This document shows, piece by piece, positions 23,245-35,810 of a stretch of DNA of 64,000 nt (positions within the stretch are counted from its first letter, which is position 1; every line of letters begins with the position of its first letter). The notes under the pieces are model-generated. The model worked only from the letters and a program-made list of their open reading frames with translations. It made no database searches and was not told the origin of the DNA. The DNA lies in contig CP110439.1 of NCBI GenBank assembly GCA_026914245.1, forward strand, positions 930,001 through 994,000. Reading direction: 5' to 3'. Source of the DNA: Puccinia triticina. Taxonomy: Eukaryota. A program made the translations under genes and the position numbers.

Positions 23245-25306
23245 ATGATTTATCCCAGAATTCTTCTCAGCTTCATCACCACTGCCTGTTGCATGAACCA
23301 CATGATCAAACCAGGGATTGAGAATGATGATATGCAAAGACTTTGTGGTGCGTATATACTCTCATCTTATGATTAACTGTTCTTTTGTCACACTATTTGG
23401 ACTTTTTTAAAATATTTTGAAATTTTACTTTCAGAGGGTGGTTTGAATTCGCCCCAATGGCATCCAGAATTTCCTGAAAATGGGGGAAATGTGGATTCAG
23501 AACAAAATCCAACCAAACTATTTGAGAAAGATGCTCAATTTTCTCAAATTAATGTGAATCAGGAAAGAAACAGATTTGTATTTCTAAAAATGGTTAAGGA
23601 ATCACATATTCTCCATTCATTGCCAGATCATCAGCGTAAGTTTTTCATTTTATTCCAAAAGGAAGTTTATCATTTACTATCCAACACAATTGATGTGGGT
23701 TTCTCTCAGGTGTAGCATTGTTAAAAAATTGGGAAAAAAATAATGGTGTGTGTTTTATTTTGATTCATAAAATTGATTTGATATAAGATCATTTATTTTT
23801 TCTGATCTTAAAGAGCAAGTAGAAAAATTGGTCTCACTTGAGAAAGATTTTCAGGAAATTTCCAATATTGGGCTAGAAATTCAAAAACAAAATGATTGTC
23901 CAAATTCATATTCATTTGACATTATGGGGAAGAAGAAAGAACTATTTTGCCAAGATCTTCTGAATAAAGCTAGAAATAAGCTTTATTTTTTGAAACATGT
24001 GAAGCTGATAGAGTTTGGGCAATTTGATTTTAATTCAAACCAAATGATGCTGGAATTATTATGCTCAGAAGCAAATAAGTTGGAAGATCAAACATTGCCA
24101 AAGCATTTTGAACAAATTCCTCAAGATATTCTCCAAATAATTTGGCAGAAATATAGTCATGCATTGATAGATGACCTAAAGAAACTGATTATTAATCAAA
24201 ACAACCAACTTGGCTGTGATGAAAATAGTTATACATCCTCACAACACAAATTAATCATGGCTCGGAATTACATATTCAAGATAATAGCTCTCTTGCTCAA
24301 TAACGGTTTGATAACTCAAGAAAACATGATCAAAAGGGTCTTTCATGACCAGGAGTTTATTAGTCAATCAACTTTTCATGCAAGTAGGTGTATTGCTGAT
24401 GAGCATCTGAGCATGCTCTGGGAAGCAGGTTTTAGCACAATTCACAACCACTGGTACTGGAAACTAATGGTTGGTGAACCTGTGATCAATTGTAAGTTTT
24501 TTCCACAGTTATGTAGATAGATAAAAATGATGCCAATATGAGTTTTTGATTTCTGATTTATTTATATCTCCATAGCTCTTAGGAAACAAGATAAATTGAT
24601 AATAGATCTTTGTTATTTGTCAAGAAAATTGTTGTTTTTTGCTAATTCACTACCTGTGTATTATTCCCCATCAACAAGAATTGGAACTTTCTTCAACTCC
24701 TTTTCAATCCAAGAATATATCAACAAATTAAAATTCTCTGAAGGATCCAATTTTAACCCATGTCTGGCTTCAAATGAAATTGAGAATGATTTCAACATTA
24801 AACTCAGTCTTGACATTGCAAATCTAAGGAAAACATTGAAGATTGTTCTTTTGGATGGAAATGAGGATCCCTATTTCCCAGATCAACTTTTCTTTTGCAT
24901 TTCTATCTGCCAAATATTGGATTTCATTGAAAGAAACTTTCATCAAGAGATTTTAAAGCAGACTGTAGAAAGTATGACTGAAGAAAACCCAAAGGATTTG
25001 AGAATGGAAGAAAAAAAAGAATTTTTGTTGTCTTTCTCAAAAGCTGTTGAATCATTTGAAATCAAAAAAGATCTGGAAGTGTTTGCTGCGTCAGGTCATA
25101 GTCAAATCTACAGTGGTAATATTGAAGCTTATGTTCTACCACTCCTAGAAAATTTCAATTCCCAATCTCATGATGCCTATCTTGAATTTAGCAAGATATA
25201 TGACAAATCATGTGAAGAAAGATATATGTTTGATTTTATCAAAAATCAAGACAGTATCATACATGCAAATCTTTTTGATAAATTCAGTAGAAATGAATAC
25301 AACTAG
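23245..25306 (+). CDS. Four-exon hypothetical protein of about 590 aa with an N-terminal signal-peptide-like segment (candidate secreted protein)
   Basis: ATG 23245 (MIYPRILLSFITTACCM...). GT 23348 / AG 23434 splices in frame into ORF 23443. Intron 2 is about 23699-23813 (donor ambiguous). GT 24492 / AG 24575 splices in frame into ORF 24596; stop 25306. Confidence 0.7.
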
Positions 25307-25921
25307 AGTTACACCACTGTACTTGAAGTGGCTTAACTCAGGAGTGAGGAAATTAATTCCACCAGAAACATGAATTTTCTTACACATTAGACATGATCAT
25401 GGAATTGTTGATTCCAATGTGTTCAATACCTCAATTCAAGTCCCAATGAATCAACCCACATGTTTTCAAATTTCAAAACCAGATGTTTTTTGACCAACTG
25501 GATTCAACTTGTCTTGTGCACCAGCAAAACCTTTGCCTTATCTTTACTTGTGTTTCAAATATCTTTTTACTCACACTCAGTTCAGAAATCTTTCCAATTT
25601 GTCTTATTCGTTTCACAGGGGTATGATGAAGCCCAACACAACAAAATGCTGATGGGTTGGATATGAATTGTAGGACGGTGAAGGGTATTTGAGTCAGGTT
25701 CGTCGTTCGTTGACTTGGGCTCTTTCTTGAGACTGAGCTTGAACTTGGAGTGCATGCCCCGGATGCCCCGGACCTCCGGACCTCCCCGGACTGCATCGCC
25801 CGGTTTTCTGAGTTGCGTGGAGAGTTGCCGGAAAACCTCGCACTGGCCAATGAGCTCGTCCTCAATCCGCTTGTTCAACCTCATCGGCCGCAAGCAAACC
25901 GAGCTGACCAATTACTTCACA

Positions 25922-27553
25922 ATGGGAAATCAGATTCGGCCACGCAGCACCTCACCATCAGCATCTCCCAATGGATCGAATGAACCATCCGCCAAGCGTA
26001 CTCGACTTGAGACCGCGACTGCACCGAAGCCATCGAAGCTACATCTCGGGCACAAGCTATATACACCTGGTGCCTACCTGGCTCCCATGGTGAGAATAGG
26101 AACACGTGAATCTCTTGAACAGAATCTCAGAAAAGTCACTCAACAAAGAGTGCTGATTTTGTTCGTTTTTTTCCTCGTCCAAGTGCCCACTAGACTGCTG
26201 GCCCTGGAGTACGGCGCGGACTTGGTTTGGGGCCCGGAGATTGTGGATAAAGCTATTATCGGATCTACCAGGGCAGTTGACGGTAAGTCGTCTATAGTCC
26301 TTCGTTCGTCTTCTCCATGCGGGCTGAATCTGTTCCGTCACAACAGAATCAAGTGGAACAATTCTGTATACAAAGAACAATGGTGCCAGCTCGATTTGGC
26401 AAACCCATCCTATAGAGTAATTGAAGCAAATCTGTTGTTTGTGTGTCAATTCTCTCAGCTGATCGAAGTTCTGATTTTAGAAAGTCTCGTCTAATTTACC
26501 AGATTGGAAGTGCTAACAAAGACCTCGCTCTTCAAGCAGCACAAACCGTCGCTGATGACGTCAGTGGAATTGATCTCAATTGCGGTTGTCCCAAGGTCTG
26601 CATATTGAAATCTCCTGCCCCAATCCATACTCTTTACTCAACTGTTGTACTGTATTTGCCTCATAATCTCATGATCAGGATTTCTCTCTCAAGGGTGGAA
26701 TGGGTGCCGCTTTGCTGAAAGAACCAGATAAACTGTGCGGTGTAAGGTTCAGCCATCCGACTTCCTCGGTTTCCATTCGACATGGAACTAATTTATCTCC
26801 AATTTCTCATGCAGATCTTGACGCACTTGGTTCAAAATTTACCCACCCATCCGATTTCGGTCAAGATTAGATTGCTACCAAGCCAAGAAGATACACTGTC
26901 CCTGGTCAAGAAGATATGCGAGACAGGCGTGTCGTGCTTGACTGTCCACTGTCGTACACAACCGATGAGATCCACCGAGCCTGCCCTTTTACATCGACTC
27001 CGGGAAATCGTTGACTTTGTCAATGGGATCCGCACAAGTGAAAACCCACTACCAGTGGTTGCGAATGGCGACTGTTTCAGTGTTCAAGACCTCCCAAAGT
27101 TTAAAGAGTTGACTGGGGTCACACGAGTCATGATTGCTCGTGGAGCCGAAAGTAACGTATCTTGTTTCAGGATGGATGGGCTCCTCAACCCGATCGAGGA
27201 GATCATGCCTCGGTACATTCAAGCAGGTATAGTCACCGGACAAGCCTATCCTAACGCCAAGTAAGTGTTTTTCTCTTATCTCTGAGATGGAGAACTTCTA
27301 TCACTGAAAGAAAATTATCTCCCTTGTTAGATATTGTCTGTCTACAATGGATGTCAAGTCGCACACCAATGACACCAAGAGCGGTGCAAATAAGAACAAA
27401 TTTACTCGCAAGGAACTCAAGACCAAGATACAGCAATGCAAGGATTGGTCTCAGATGGCGGAGCTCTTCAAGATCGATGTTGAGGCTACACGTCAGAAGC
27501 AATTGAAGCAGCTCTTTCCAAACATCCTTCCTTTTCCAAGCGTTGTTGATTGA
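25922..27553 (+). CDS. DUS2: tRNA-dihydrouridine(20) synthase, Dus2/Smm1 family, multi-exon
   Basis: LAPMVRIGT|LPTRLLALEYGADLVWGPEIVDKAII, IYQIGSA, GIDLNCGCPK, GGMGAALL, ISVKIRLL, LTVHCRT, VVANGD, VMIARGAE. Confidence 0.92.
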
Positions 27554-27574
27554 GTCACGTTACATAGCCGTCGC

Positions 27575-27930
27575 CTACTTCGATACCAATGTCTCTCTCA
27601 CTTCGTCCCAAAAAGCATTTGATCCCCTGGCAAAAAACTCCTCAACGGTAGAGCAACTCTCCGAGCAAATCTTGAAGCGCTTTTGCCAAACTGCAACAAA
27701 ATCCATCTGGACCCAGAATCCAACAGGAACATTTCGCCAATCCCACTATAGTCTACTTGACCCAGAGAGCAGCCGCATTGTTCTTGGTTTTAGCTTGGAT
27801 GAGTGTAACATAACCCCGTCATCAACCACACCGGGCCTGATTTCAATGGCACCAAGATATGTACTCCAGTCTCCCGGAGTAGGATTTAACCCAAGCAAGA
27901 GTAAAGATGCTTCTTGCTAATCCTGGGAGT
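27575..27930 (-). pseudogene. Possible gene remnant (protein-like reading frame with internal stops)
   Basis: Minus frame reads QEASLLLLGLNPTPGDWSTYLGAIEIRPG...SRL*WDWRNVPVGFWVQMDFVAVWQKRFKICSESCSTVEEFFARGSNAFWDEVRETLVSK*. Family not recognised. Confidence 0.3.
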
Positions 27931-28140
27931 AAGTGTTGTACTCATCTTCACATCCATGTCGTGCACTGCTTGCCATTCAAAAGTATGTAGACACCTGATG
28001 CAGCTTATCTAAATTAAGGTACATACAATATACTAGACCCTATTTCACAACATGAACTATGTGGTAATGAAGTGATATGTGGAAAATCTCAGAAAATCTT
28101 GGAAAAGCCCACCAAAACTGTCCTCATATGTCACCTCCAC

Positions 28141-28463
28141 TAGGGCAATGATGCATCTGTTATGCCAATGTAATTAGCGCTGCTAAAAAAGCAATGTGAT
28201 GCTTGCTGCTAATAATCTGGGACTGTAATTTTTAGTGTAATACCAACCTGCTAAAACCTGCTAACACTAAATTACAGCTAATTAACGGCTTGCTATGCTA
28301 AATTAGCTGTAATTTGTAGCAAAAATTGCACTTTTTTCCCCAATCTGAGTTAGCTGTAATTGTAATAGTACATCTGCTACCATTTAGTTTAATGTAGCAG
28401 CGCTAAAAAACCACTAAATTAGGATATTACACGCTAACCATGGCATAATGCATCATTGACTAG
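28141..28463. mobile_element. MITE-like element
   Basis: Inverted ends CAATGATGCAT / ATGCATCATTG with CTAG at both boundaries. AT-rich interior with repeated GCTAA/TTAGC motifs. Confidence 0.65.
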
Positions 28464-28816
28464 GGGAATCCATATATGGAATTTTCAACAATGCAAAATT
28501 TCAAATCAGCAGAGCACTGGATGACTTCCCGTTGTGATCTGGAAGGCTCACAGAGATGATCTAGAGCCCAAAAAGCTAGATCTCCCTGCCAAGATCTGGA
28601 CTTTTTGGGTCTAAACCAACATCCAGATTGCACGGGAAGTCACCCACTTTTGGTTTTCACTTACAAGTTTGAGCTAATTTGGCTGGAGAGGTGTCAGATT
28701 TCTGAGACCAGCAAGCAATGAGGCATAAGCAAACTAGCAAAAGCCACATTTATGCCAAGTGAGGCCTTGAGTTTGTTTGATTGCGTCAAAAACTGACATA
28801 GTTGCTGAGCACTCTT

Positions 28817-29182
28817 AGCAACAATGGGTAGTTATGTTACTGATAACGGTAACATAATAGTTTTTTAGCTGTTATTGTTACAGTTACTCGTAACGGCACC
28901 ACCATAATGTAAGAGGAAGTAAGTGGTGTTTGTTACATTATCAGCACCTGCGGGGCGCCGGATAACTGATGGATTCTGGGCCAGAAACAGCCTTTTGGGG
29001 TCCACACGTTATCCAGTGGATAACACGCAGTAACAACCTCAAAAAAGAGGCTGTTACATTATGGGCAAGGCCTGCAAAGACCCTGTTACAAATAATGTAA
29101 CAGGGCGCCGCGGGTAACTAGGGTAGTTATGTTACCAAAATTGTGCAGATAATGCAAAGTAATGGAACTACCCATTGTTGCT
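28817..29182. mobile_element. MITE with 3-bp TSD (Harbinger-like)
   Basis: TIR AGCAACAATGGGTAGTT / AACTACCCATTGTTGCT; CTT on both flanks. Interior rich in GTAAC/GTTAC. Confidence 0.75.
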
Positions 29183-29803
29183 CTTGGGGGAGAAGGGGTT
29201 CAGGGCCTGGTCCTAGTTAAATTGCTAGATGGGGATAGTGTCAGGATCTCTCCCTGGCTTACCCATATGGAGGGAAGCTGTGAAATGTAAGTAAACAATA
29301 AAATTTACCGGGAATAAGCTATGGCACATTTGTGCAGTTCATAACACCAATTAATTGGGTGTGATGAATATGGTTCACTGTGAAGTCTTGCAAAATGTTT
29401 TCAGAAAAAAAAAAATACATGCCACAAAGCACACATTAGTTATAACATTCAATATCTTGACACAACAGATGAGGCCTGGTGCATCATTTTAGACTTCAAA
29501 GATTTGTTTTGCAGGCTTGAATTGTCAGCTTTGAGTGTTCTTGAACCATCCCAAACCACCATAAGGCTGCTAAAAGGTTTGGATTTACTTGGGAAATTTA
29601 GAGCCAGTAAGAGATCTGGTGACAGCTGATGTAATAATACCGTTCTTGTTAGTGGGATCAAAATTTGGCCTCAAATGCTTGGAAGTACTACTTCAAAGCA
29701 CCAAAAGGCCACTTTATACCTCATAGCACAGAGAGTTATTGCCTACCCATGCCGGAAAGAGAGGGTGTGTGTTCAGCCTCTGGTGTGCAGAGCAGACTCC
29801 TAG

Positions 29804-30144
29804 CAGCAATGGGCCACTGCACTACACCAACGTTATTGGACAATAACTGTTAGTGTAGCCATTTTATTGACTCCCAAATTCATGTTATTTGTTATCTGAG
29901 ACGCCAGTATCCATACTAACAATAACAGGAAATAACAGCAATAACAACAATAACAGGCCTTTTATTGCTACTAACAGGATACAATAACAGTTATTGCTGT
30001 TATCCATCACTATTTCCTGGGCAAGTTCCTGTATTGTTAGCAAAACAGAAAACAAGATAACAGAAATTTTGTTATTGTTAGCTGGTTTTGGATAAAATAC
30101 ACTACACTAACAAATAACATTAGTGTATTGGTCCACCATTGCTC
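29804..30144. mobile_element. MITE-like element
   Basis: Ends (C/G)AGCAATGG / CCATTGCTC with CTAG on both flanks. Interior rich in AATAAC/GTTATT. Confidence 0.6.
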
Positions 30145-31026
30145 CTAGTCACAAAGCCAATGAGCAGCCCTAGTACAGATATGCACTAGGTAACTAATAA
30201 TACCATTATGGAATAGGTGTTACCAATTGAGATTAATATTCCCTAAAGGAATAGCCACCCCAGCTTTAGACTTACACAAGGAAAAGGCTTGAAGCCAGTG
30301 GTCGTCCCTTCCAGGAGGATCCCCAAGATTATCACAAAACCAAATGAAGGTTCACTATCTCTACTAAGCCCAAGATATCATGACTCCTGTGTTGCTATTG
30401 GGGCCCTTTCAACCTCCTCATTTCCCCTTCATCCTTGTTTCTCCAGGTGCATGAAACCCAATACTGCTTATAGGGTGCAAGTTAAGGATTAATGTGGTTG
30501 CTCTAATTGTTGTTTAAGCCAGCCAATTAACAACCCCAAATGACTCAAGTTAGAGAAAATGAAGGTGAGAAGAAAACAGCTGAATCCTGATCCAAAAGTG
30601 AAACTGATACAATATAACATGTGTTGGTATTTGTTGGTATTTTATTAAATTTTATGCCCAATACAATGCATCAATATTGATCATATCTGAAGACCAATGC
30701 AATCCAGGTGTATCAAAAAAGTTTGCATTGGTGCAAGCATATGATACCATACAGGGTGTATTGCTGGGACGTGCGCTTGGATTGATCCCAAATTGCCCAA
30801 TAGTGGATGTCAACCAGTACCTGTTAGGAGGTACCTGGCACTGCTTGGCGCACTCCACCTCCACCCGCCATGCACCCACTTTGGTCAAGAAAACAGCGGC
30901 TGCATACCCTGGTGCCAAATGGTACCCAGGTCTACTTTGACATTCTCTATTGGCCAATAGAGGTGCAATACTTTTTGAGACAATAAAGTGGTATCATATT
31001 GGTTTTTTCAAACAGAATATATGATA

Positions 31027-31406
31027 CAGCAAAAGCAAAAAAGCTTGCGGTTCGGCAGGCCCGATTTTGGAATCTCAGGCACTACCCTTCAAGCCTGTAT
31101 AGGTCCTGTATGTCAAGCTGCATACAGGAATATCATTGGAAGAAAAATGCTATTTCCTTCATTATTGACATTGGGGTATTGAGGGTTGCACCATTGGAAT
31201 CCTGGTGCAATTTTACCCCCATCCATCGGCCACTTTTGTCAGGACTATCTTCCTCACCCACTAGTCCGCCCAACACGCAACTCAAGCTCAACCAGTCGCC
31301 CGGAGGCAATGTGACATCCTGCACAGTGGAGCTGTACAGGTGTGTGGCTGAAATGCAGCAGGCAATTTTCAGCCTCCTGCACCGGCAAGCTTTTTTGCTT
31401 TTGCTG
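31027..31406. mobile_element. Tc1/mariner-type MITE (copy A)
   Basis: TIR CAGCAAAAGCAAAAAAGCTTGC, flanked by TA on both sides. Confidence 0.85.
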
Positions 31407-31471
31407 TATTGTTTTTATTGTGGATTGGAAAATCAATGAAATACATGGTATCACCCAATACATAAATTGTA

Positions 31472-31833
31472 CAGCCATGTTAGAAAAGCTTGCTTTTGGG
31501 CAGGCCCGACTTTTGGGCTGCTGATTTCAGCCTCAAAGCCTGTATGGCTCCTGTATGTCAGGAATGCCATTGGAAGAAAAAACCTAGTTTCTTTGTTTTC
31601 CACTTTGGGGCCTTGAGGGCCCCACCGTTGGATTCCTGGAGCGATTTTACTTTGATCTGGCTCTTCGCTGCCCCTGCCTCCCTCGCCCCTTGCCGGGCCT
31701 GGCACCCATGTCAAGCGCAACCGGCTGCCTGAACGGGTATTGTCTGCCTGTACAGTGTAGCTGTACAGGCCTGTGGCTGAAATGCTGAAATTGTTTCAGC
31801 CACACAAGCCGGCAAGCTTTCCTAACATGGCTG
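31472..31833. mobile_element. Tc1/mariner-type MITE (copy B, interior homologous to copy A)
   Basis: TIR CAGCCATGTTAG(A/G)AAAGCTTGC, flanked by TA. Shares ggcaggcccga, tcaaagcctgtat, cattggaagaaaaa and gctgtacagg...gtggctgaaatgc with copy A. Confidence 0.85.
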
Positions 31834-31872
31834 TATCAGTTTCAGTGTTGCCTGATCTCTTGGTTGGATTGT

Positions 31873-32089
31873 CACCAGGAAAAACAAACTGTCACTAGAC
31901 TACAGGTGACATCAGCCTAAGTCCCCTGAGCTAGCCACCAGCTGCACAGTTGGCCACATGGACGGCCCCCTGTAGGAAACAAAGGGGCCATTGTAGCCTA
32001 GTTGTGGTAGCACCAGCGCTGGAAAAAAAGTGACAGTGATTGCTGCTTGATGTCAGCTGATGTCTGGTGAGAATTGATTTTTCCTGGTG
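31873..32089. mobile_element. Small TIR element (CACTA-like termini)
   Basis: CACCAGGAAAAA / TTTTTCCTGGTG with inverted subterminal GACATCAGC / GCTGATGTC. TSD not evident. Confidence 0.55.
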
Positions 32090-32129
32090 CATGTGTATCT
32101 CTTTTTCCTTTCATTTGATTGTCTATCAG

Positions 32130-32162
<33 letters not shown>

Positions 32163-32800
32163 GAGACAGTCCTTTGACTTCCCATTGATCTTAGACAGTA
32201 AGATTATTTCCCTTGCAGCCAACAGTTTACCCTGTTTGAGACTCAGAGTTGAGGTGTTTTATATTTCTATTCCTGATTCCAGTATTACTATGAGTTGACC
32301 TTACGTATTGTGTGTGATGGTATATAGTTGGCTTAACTCGGTGATTGGAGTCTTTCCAAAGTATTTACAATCTTTTGTTGTTGATCATTAGTGCATGAAG
32401 TCTCGAGGTCTTGAAGGGGTTGAGGCCAAGTTGTGTTGATGATGAATGTTTAGGTTGGTTGGTGCTCTTCTGGTTGCTGTTCTTGGTGCAGCGCTTGCGA
32501 ATTAAGCTCGGTTGATTGCACTCTGGTTGGCGCTGCTTCAGTGGGCAGGGAGCTGGATGCTGCAGGATGAGAAGTGTTTTTTATGAAACAGGTGTCAGTT
32601 TGACTGTGAGTGATCACCTTGCAAGTGAGTGGGCACGCAGCCAGCGGCCTGGCCCACCCGCCCTCAGCCCAGCCCTTGCGCCGAACCAGGCCTCGCTCGG
32701 ACAGCCGAGAGGGCTGGCTGATGCCAGCTGAGCCAGGCTGGACGGAAAACACACATAAATATCAGCAGCATACCCACACTCACTCACTCATCCCCCAACA

Positions 32801-35800
32801 ATGGCTGAGCCCGACACATCCTTCTACTCGGCCCACTGCCACGACGACTCGCTCTCCAGGTTCCTGCTCAAGCGCAAGCCCTCATCCGACAGCCTCCGCG
32901 CACGCCTCCAAACCATCGCCGCCCCCAGCAACACCCCCAAGCGCGGCAGACAGAACCCGCCGAGCAGCCCAGACAAGCCCCGCCTCGTCCGCATCTCCCG
33001 GAGGATCCTCACCCGCAAGCCCCACGCGCTCAAGGAGGAGGAAGACGAAATCAAGAAGATCACCCGCGAGAGACTCTTCTGGCACAAGCAGCAGGAGGAG
33101 GCCGACGCCCGCACCCAGGACGGCCCGATGGCCCCTGCCCGGCCCAAACACTTCGGCGGCATCCAGCAGCTCAATGCGCTCAAGCACCAGATCCAAACCA
33201 TCAAGCACCACAGATACCCCGAACTGCCGTCCCCCAAGCCCGACGACTGGTTCTGCGAAGAGAAGGAGGAGGTCAGCAGCCTCTCCGAGACCAACAGCTC
33301 CACCAAGAGGCGTCGCCAGGCTAGCAACATCCCCCACAAATCACGCGTGCTCGTCGAGAGAGGAGTGGGCTCTATCCAGAGGAAGATCAAATCCATCAAA
33401 CTCAAGCCCTCCCACTCCTCCCCCCTCCACCTCAACCGTCCCCCAAACCAGCCCCAAGAGCCCGTCCCAGAACAGGCCAGCCAGACCATCTCCACCCCTC
33501 CCAGCCTCACCAACTTCTCCAGCTCGCTTGGAACCCCAGATACCGACACCAGCCAGGCCCGGTTCTCATCCCACCAAGTCTCGCCCAACTCGACCAACCA
33601 ATATCCCGGCAAGGCTCAGAAGATCTTCCGTGCTCTCCCCCATACCCGCAAAACTACCAAACCATCATCATTAACCTTGCCTGACCCAATCACAGAAAAT
33701 CACCCGCAAGAGACTCACGCCCCTGCCGTCGACCGTCCTGGCACTCGCCCTACGCCGCTATCCATCGTCACCCAGGGCCTGCCCGAACCAGGGCCCTCCA
33801 ACAATCAGAGCCAACCCGGCCACGTCTCGCCCAGGAACTGGCCCGACACCTCGTCCGAGCTGCCCCAATGGCAGAACTCGGCCATGGAGTTCTTGGCCGA
33901 CGACCGCACGGGGCAGATCGACCGCTGGGTCTTCTCGTCCAGCCTGCTCGCCCAGCCCTGCTCGGACCCGACTGGTGGCCGCCGGGCACACCGGCTCTCT
34001 CTGGACGTCCCGCCCCGCGAGTTCTCGGAGACCCGGCGGCGGCGCTCGGAGCACGAGTGGCGCGCGCACCAGGCCTTCCTCTCCACCGGCCTCCCCGCCC
34101 TCGCCCGCGACCCCGCCGCGTCCCCGCTCGGAAACGCCCCGATCCTCGAGCCGCTCTACTTCGTCGAGAAACAGACGCCCAGCCAGGTCATCCTCGCCAC
34201 CGACGTCCTCATCGAGCAGCAGGGCGGCCTCAGCTTCCTGGGCCAGGAAAACTTCAACGAACGCTTCCGCTCCAAGCCCTGGCAGACCGTCAAGACGATC
34301 AGACAGTACGACCGGCCGGGCCACCTGGATGCCGAGTATTTGCCTGGCCTCACCCGGCTGGCAGTAGTGTGAGTGCCAGGCCTGAAAGACCTCCTCGACC
34401 ATATCCCTATTGACACATCCTCATCCTCATCCAGACAAACCCCACATTCCACCGACACCTTCCCCCTGCCGACGCCGGAATGGTACTGGCTAACCGAGTT
34501 CTCGATCGACCGCCAGACCAAGCCGGTCGACGCCAACGGCTGGGAATACTACGACGTCTTCAGCCGCAAATGGTCGCCCAACAGGCACGGCTGTCGCACC
34601 TTCATCCGCCGCCGGCGGTGGGTCCGCGTCCGCGGAAAGCTGGACACCTCCAGCCTCGCCGACCCGGCCCAAGCGGATTTCCATAGTGCCCCTGTTTCAC
34701 CTCCGGGTCTCACGGCCGACCCCAGCGATAAACGAGTGCGTGATCACTACCCCCCCCCCCCCCCGCCGTTTTTGTGTTTGATTCTGATCACAATATCTTT
34801 TTCGTGCACACTCCAGACCGTCGTCATATTGAAAAAACACGGCGTCCATCAGTCGATCGTCTTCAACTCTCAGACCATTGGGGGCGGCCACCTGCTGACC
34901 ATCGATCTTCCCGGGCTCCCGGCCCTGGATGTGCGGTGGGACGACAGCTCCCTGGCAGTCCACAACCCGCTGTTTTCGGGGCAGGCGGTTGCGAGCGAGA
35001 TTCTGAGACATCTGGCGGCCCAGGCCGGCGGCGGCTCTGCCGCGGAGCAGCTGGCAAACCAAGAGGAGATCATGGAGTGTCTGAAAGACCAGGTGGCCAG
35101 GATCAACCTCCAGCGCGTCACCAAGATCGTCACGGGCTTGGTGAGTTCTCTGCGTCTCTCATCCGCCCATCCACTGCGCCTTACCAATCGCCCGTCTACC
35201 GCTCGCGTACAGTCCGAGCCCCAAAAGGTCGATCTGTGGAGACACTGGCTCGAGTCTGATGGCTCGACAGACCCATCCACCAAGCCTGAAGCCGCCGACA
35301 TATGGCGAGTAGTCGAGCGACACGTGAGTTGCTCTCATCCCCAGCCGTCTCCGGCGGTCCTCGCTCTGACCTCCTCCCTTCCAACCCCAGCTCGTGGACG
35401 TGTTGGCCACCTTTGTCTTCGACTTCTACCGCCTCAAGTTCATGAGCCTGGTCGTCGATCTGTATTCGCAAAGCTGTGCGGGCGCCGCGGGGGCCGAGCC
35501 GCGGCGTCTGGGGCCCCCGAAGGGCGGGTCCAAGCGGGGCCATGCGCGGCCGGGCCTGAGTGCGCACACGTTCCTCAACACGGGCGAGCGCAGCCCGAGC
35601 TTCCTGGCCCTCGGCACGCTCCCGCTCGAGTTCTGGAACAGCCGGCTCGCCCTCTTCGTCCCCCCCGCCCACCGGGCCCCCCGCCGACCCTTCGTCGCCC
35701 TCCCCGCCATCCGCGCCAAGCTCCTCGCCGCCAGCCAGATCCGCATCGAGCTCCACAGAGGCCTCAAGGCGCTCAACAGACTCAGGCGTGCGGCTACCAC

Positions 35801-35810
35801 TGCCAAATAA
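32801..35810 (+). CDS. GC-rich multi-exon protein with a dysferlin (DysF) domain, Spo73/Mug65-like, with a long low-complexity N-terminus
   Basis: DVLIEQQGGLSFLG ... LPTPEWYWLTEFSID...VDANGWEY...W...TFIRRRRWVRVR. Intron 34369-34434 joins the two long ORFs in frame; the last exon ends ...ATTAK* at 35810. Confidence 0.8.

Noticed and set aside
25473..25911. Minus-strand ORFs upstream of DUS2
   Set aside because: No recognisable domain; they overlap the probable DUS2 promoter or 5' UTR and run into AT-rich sequence.
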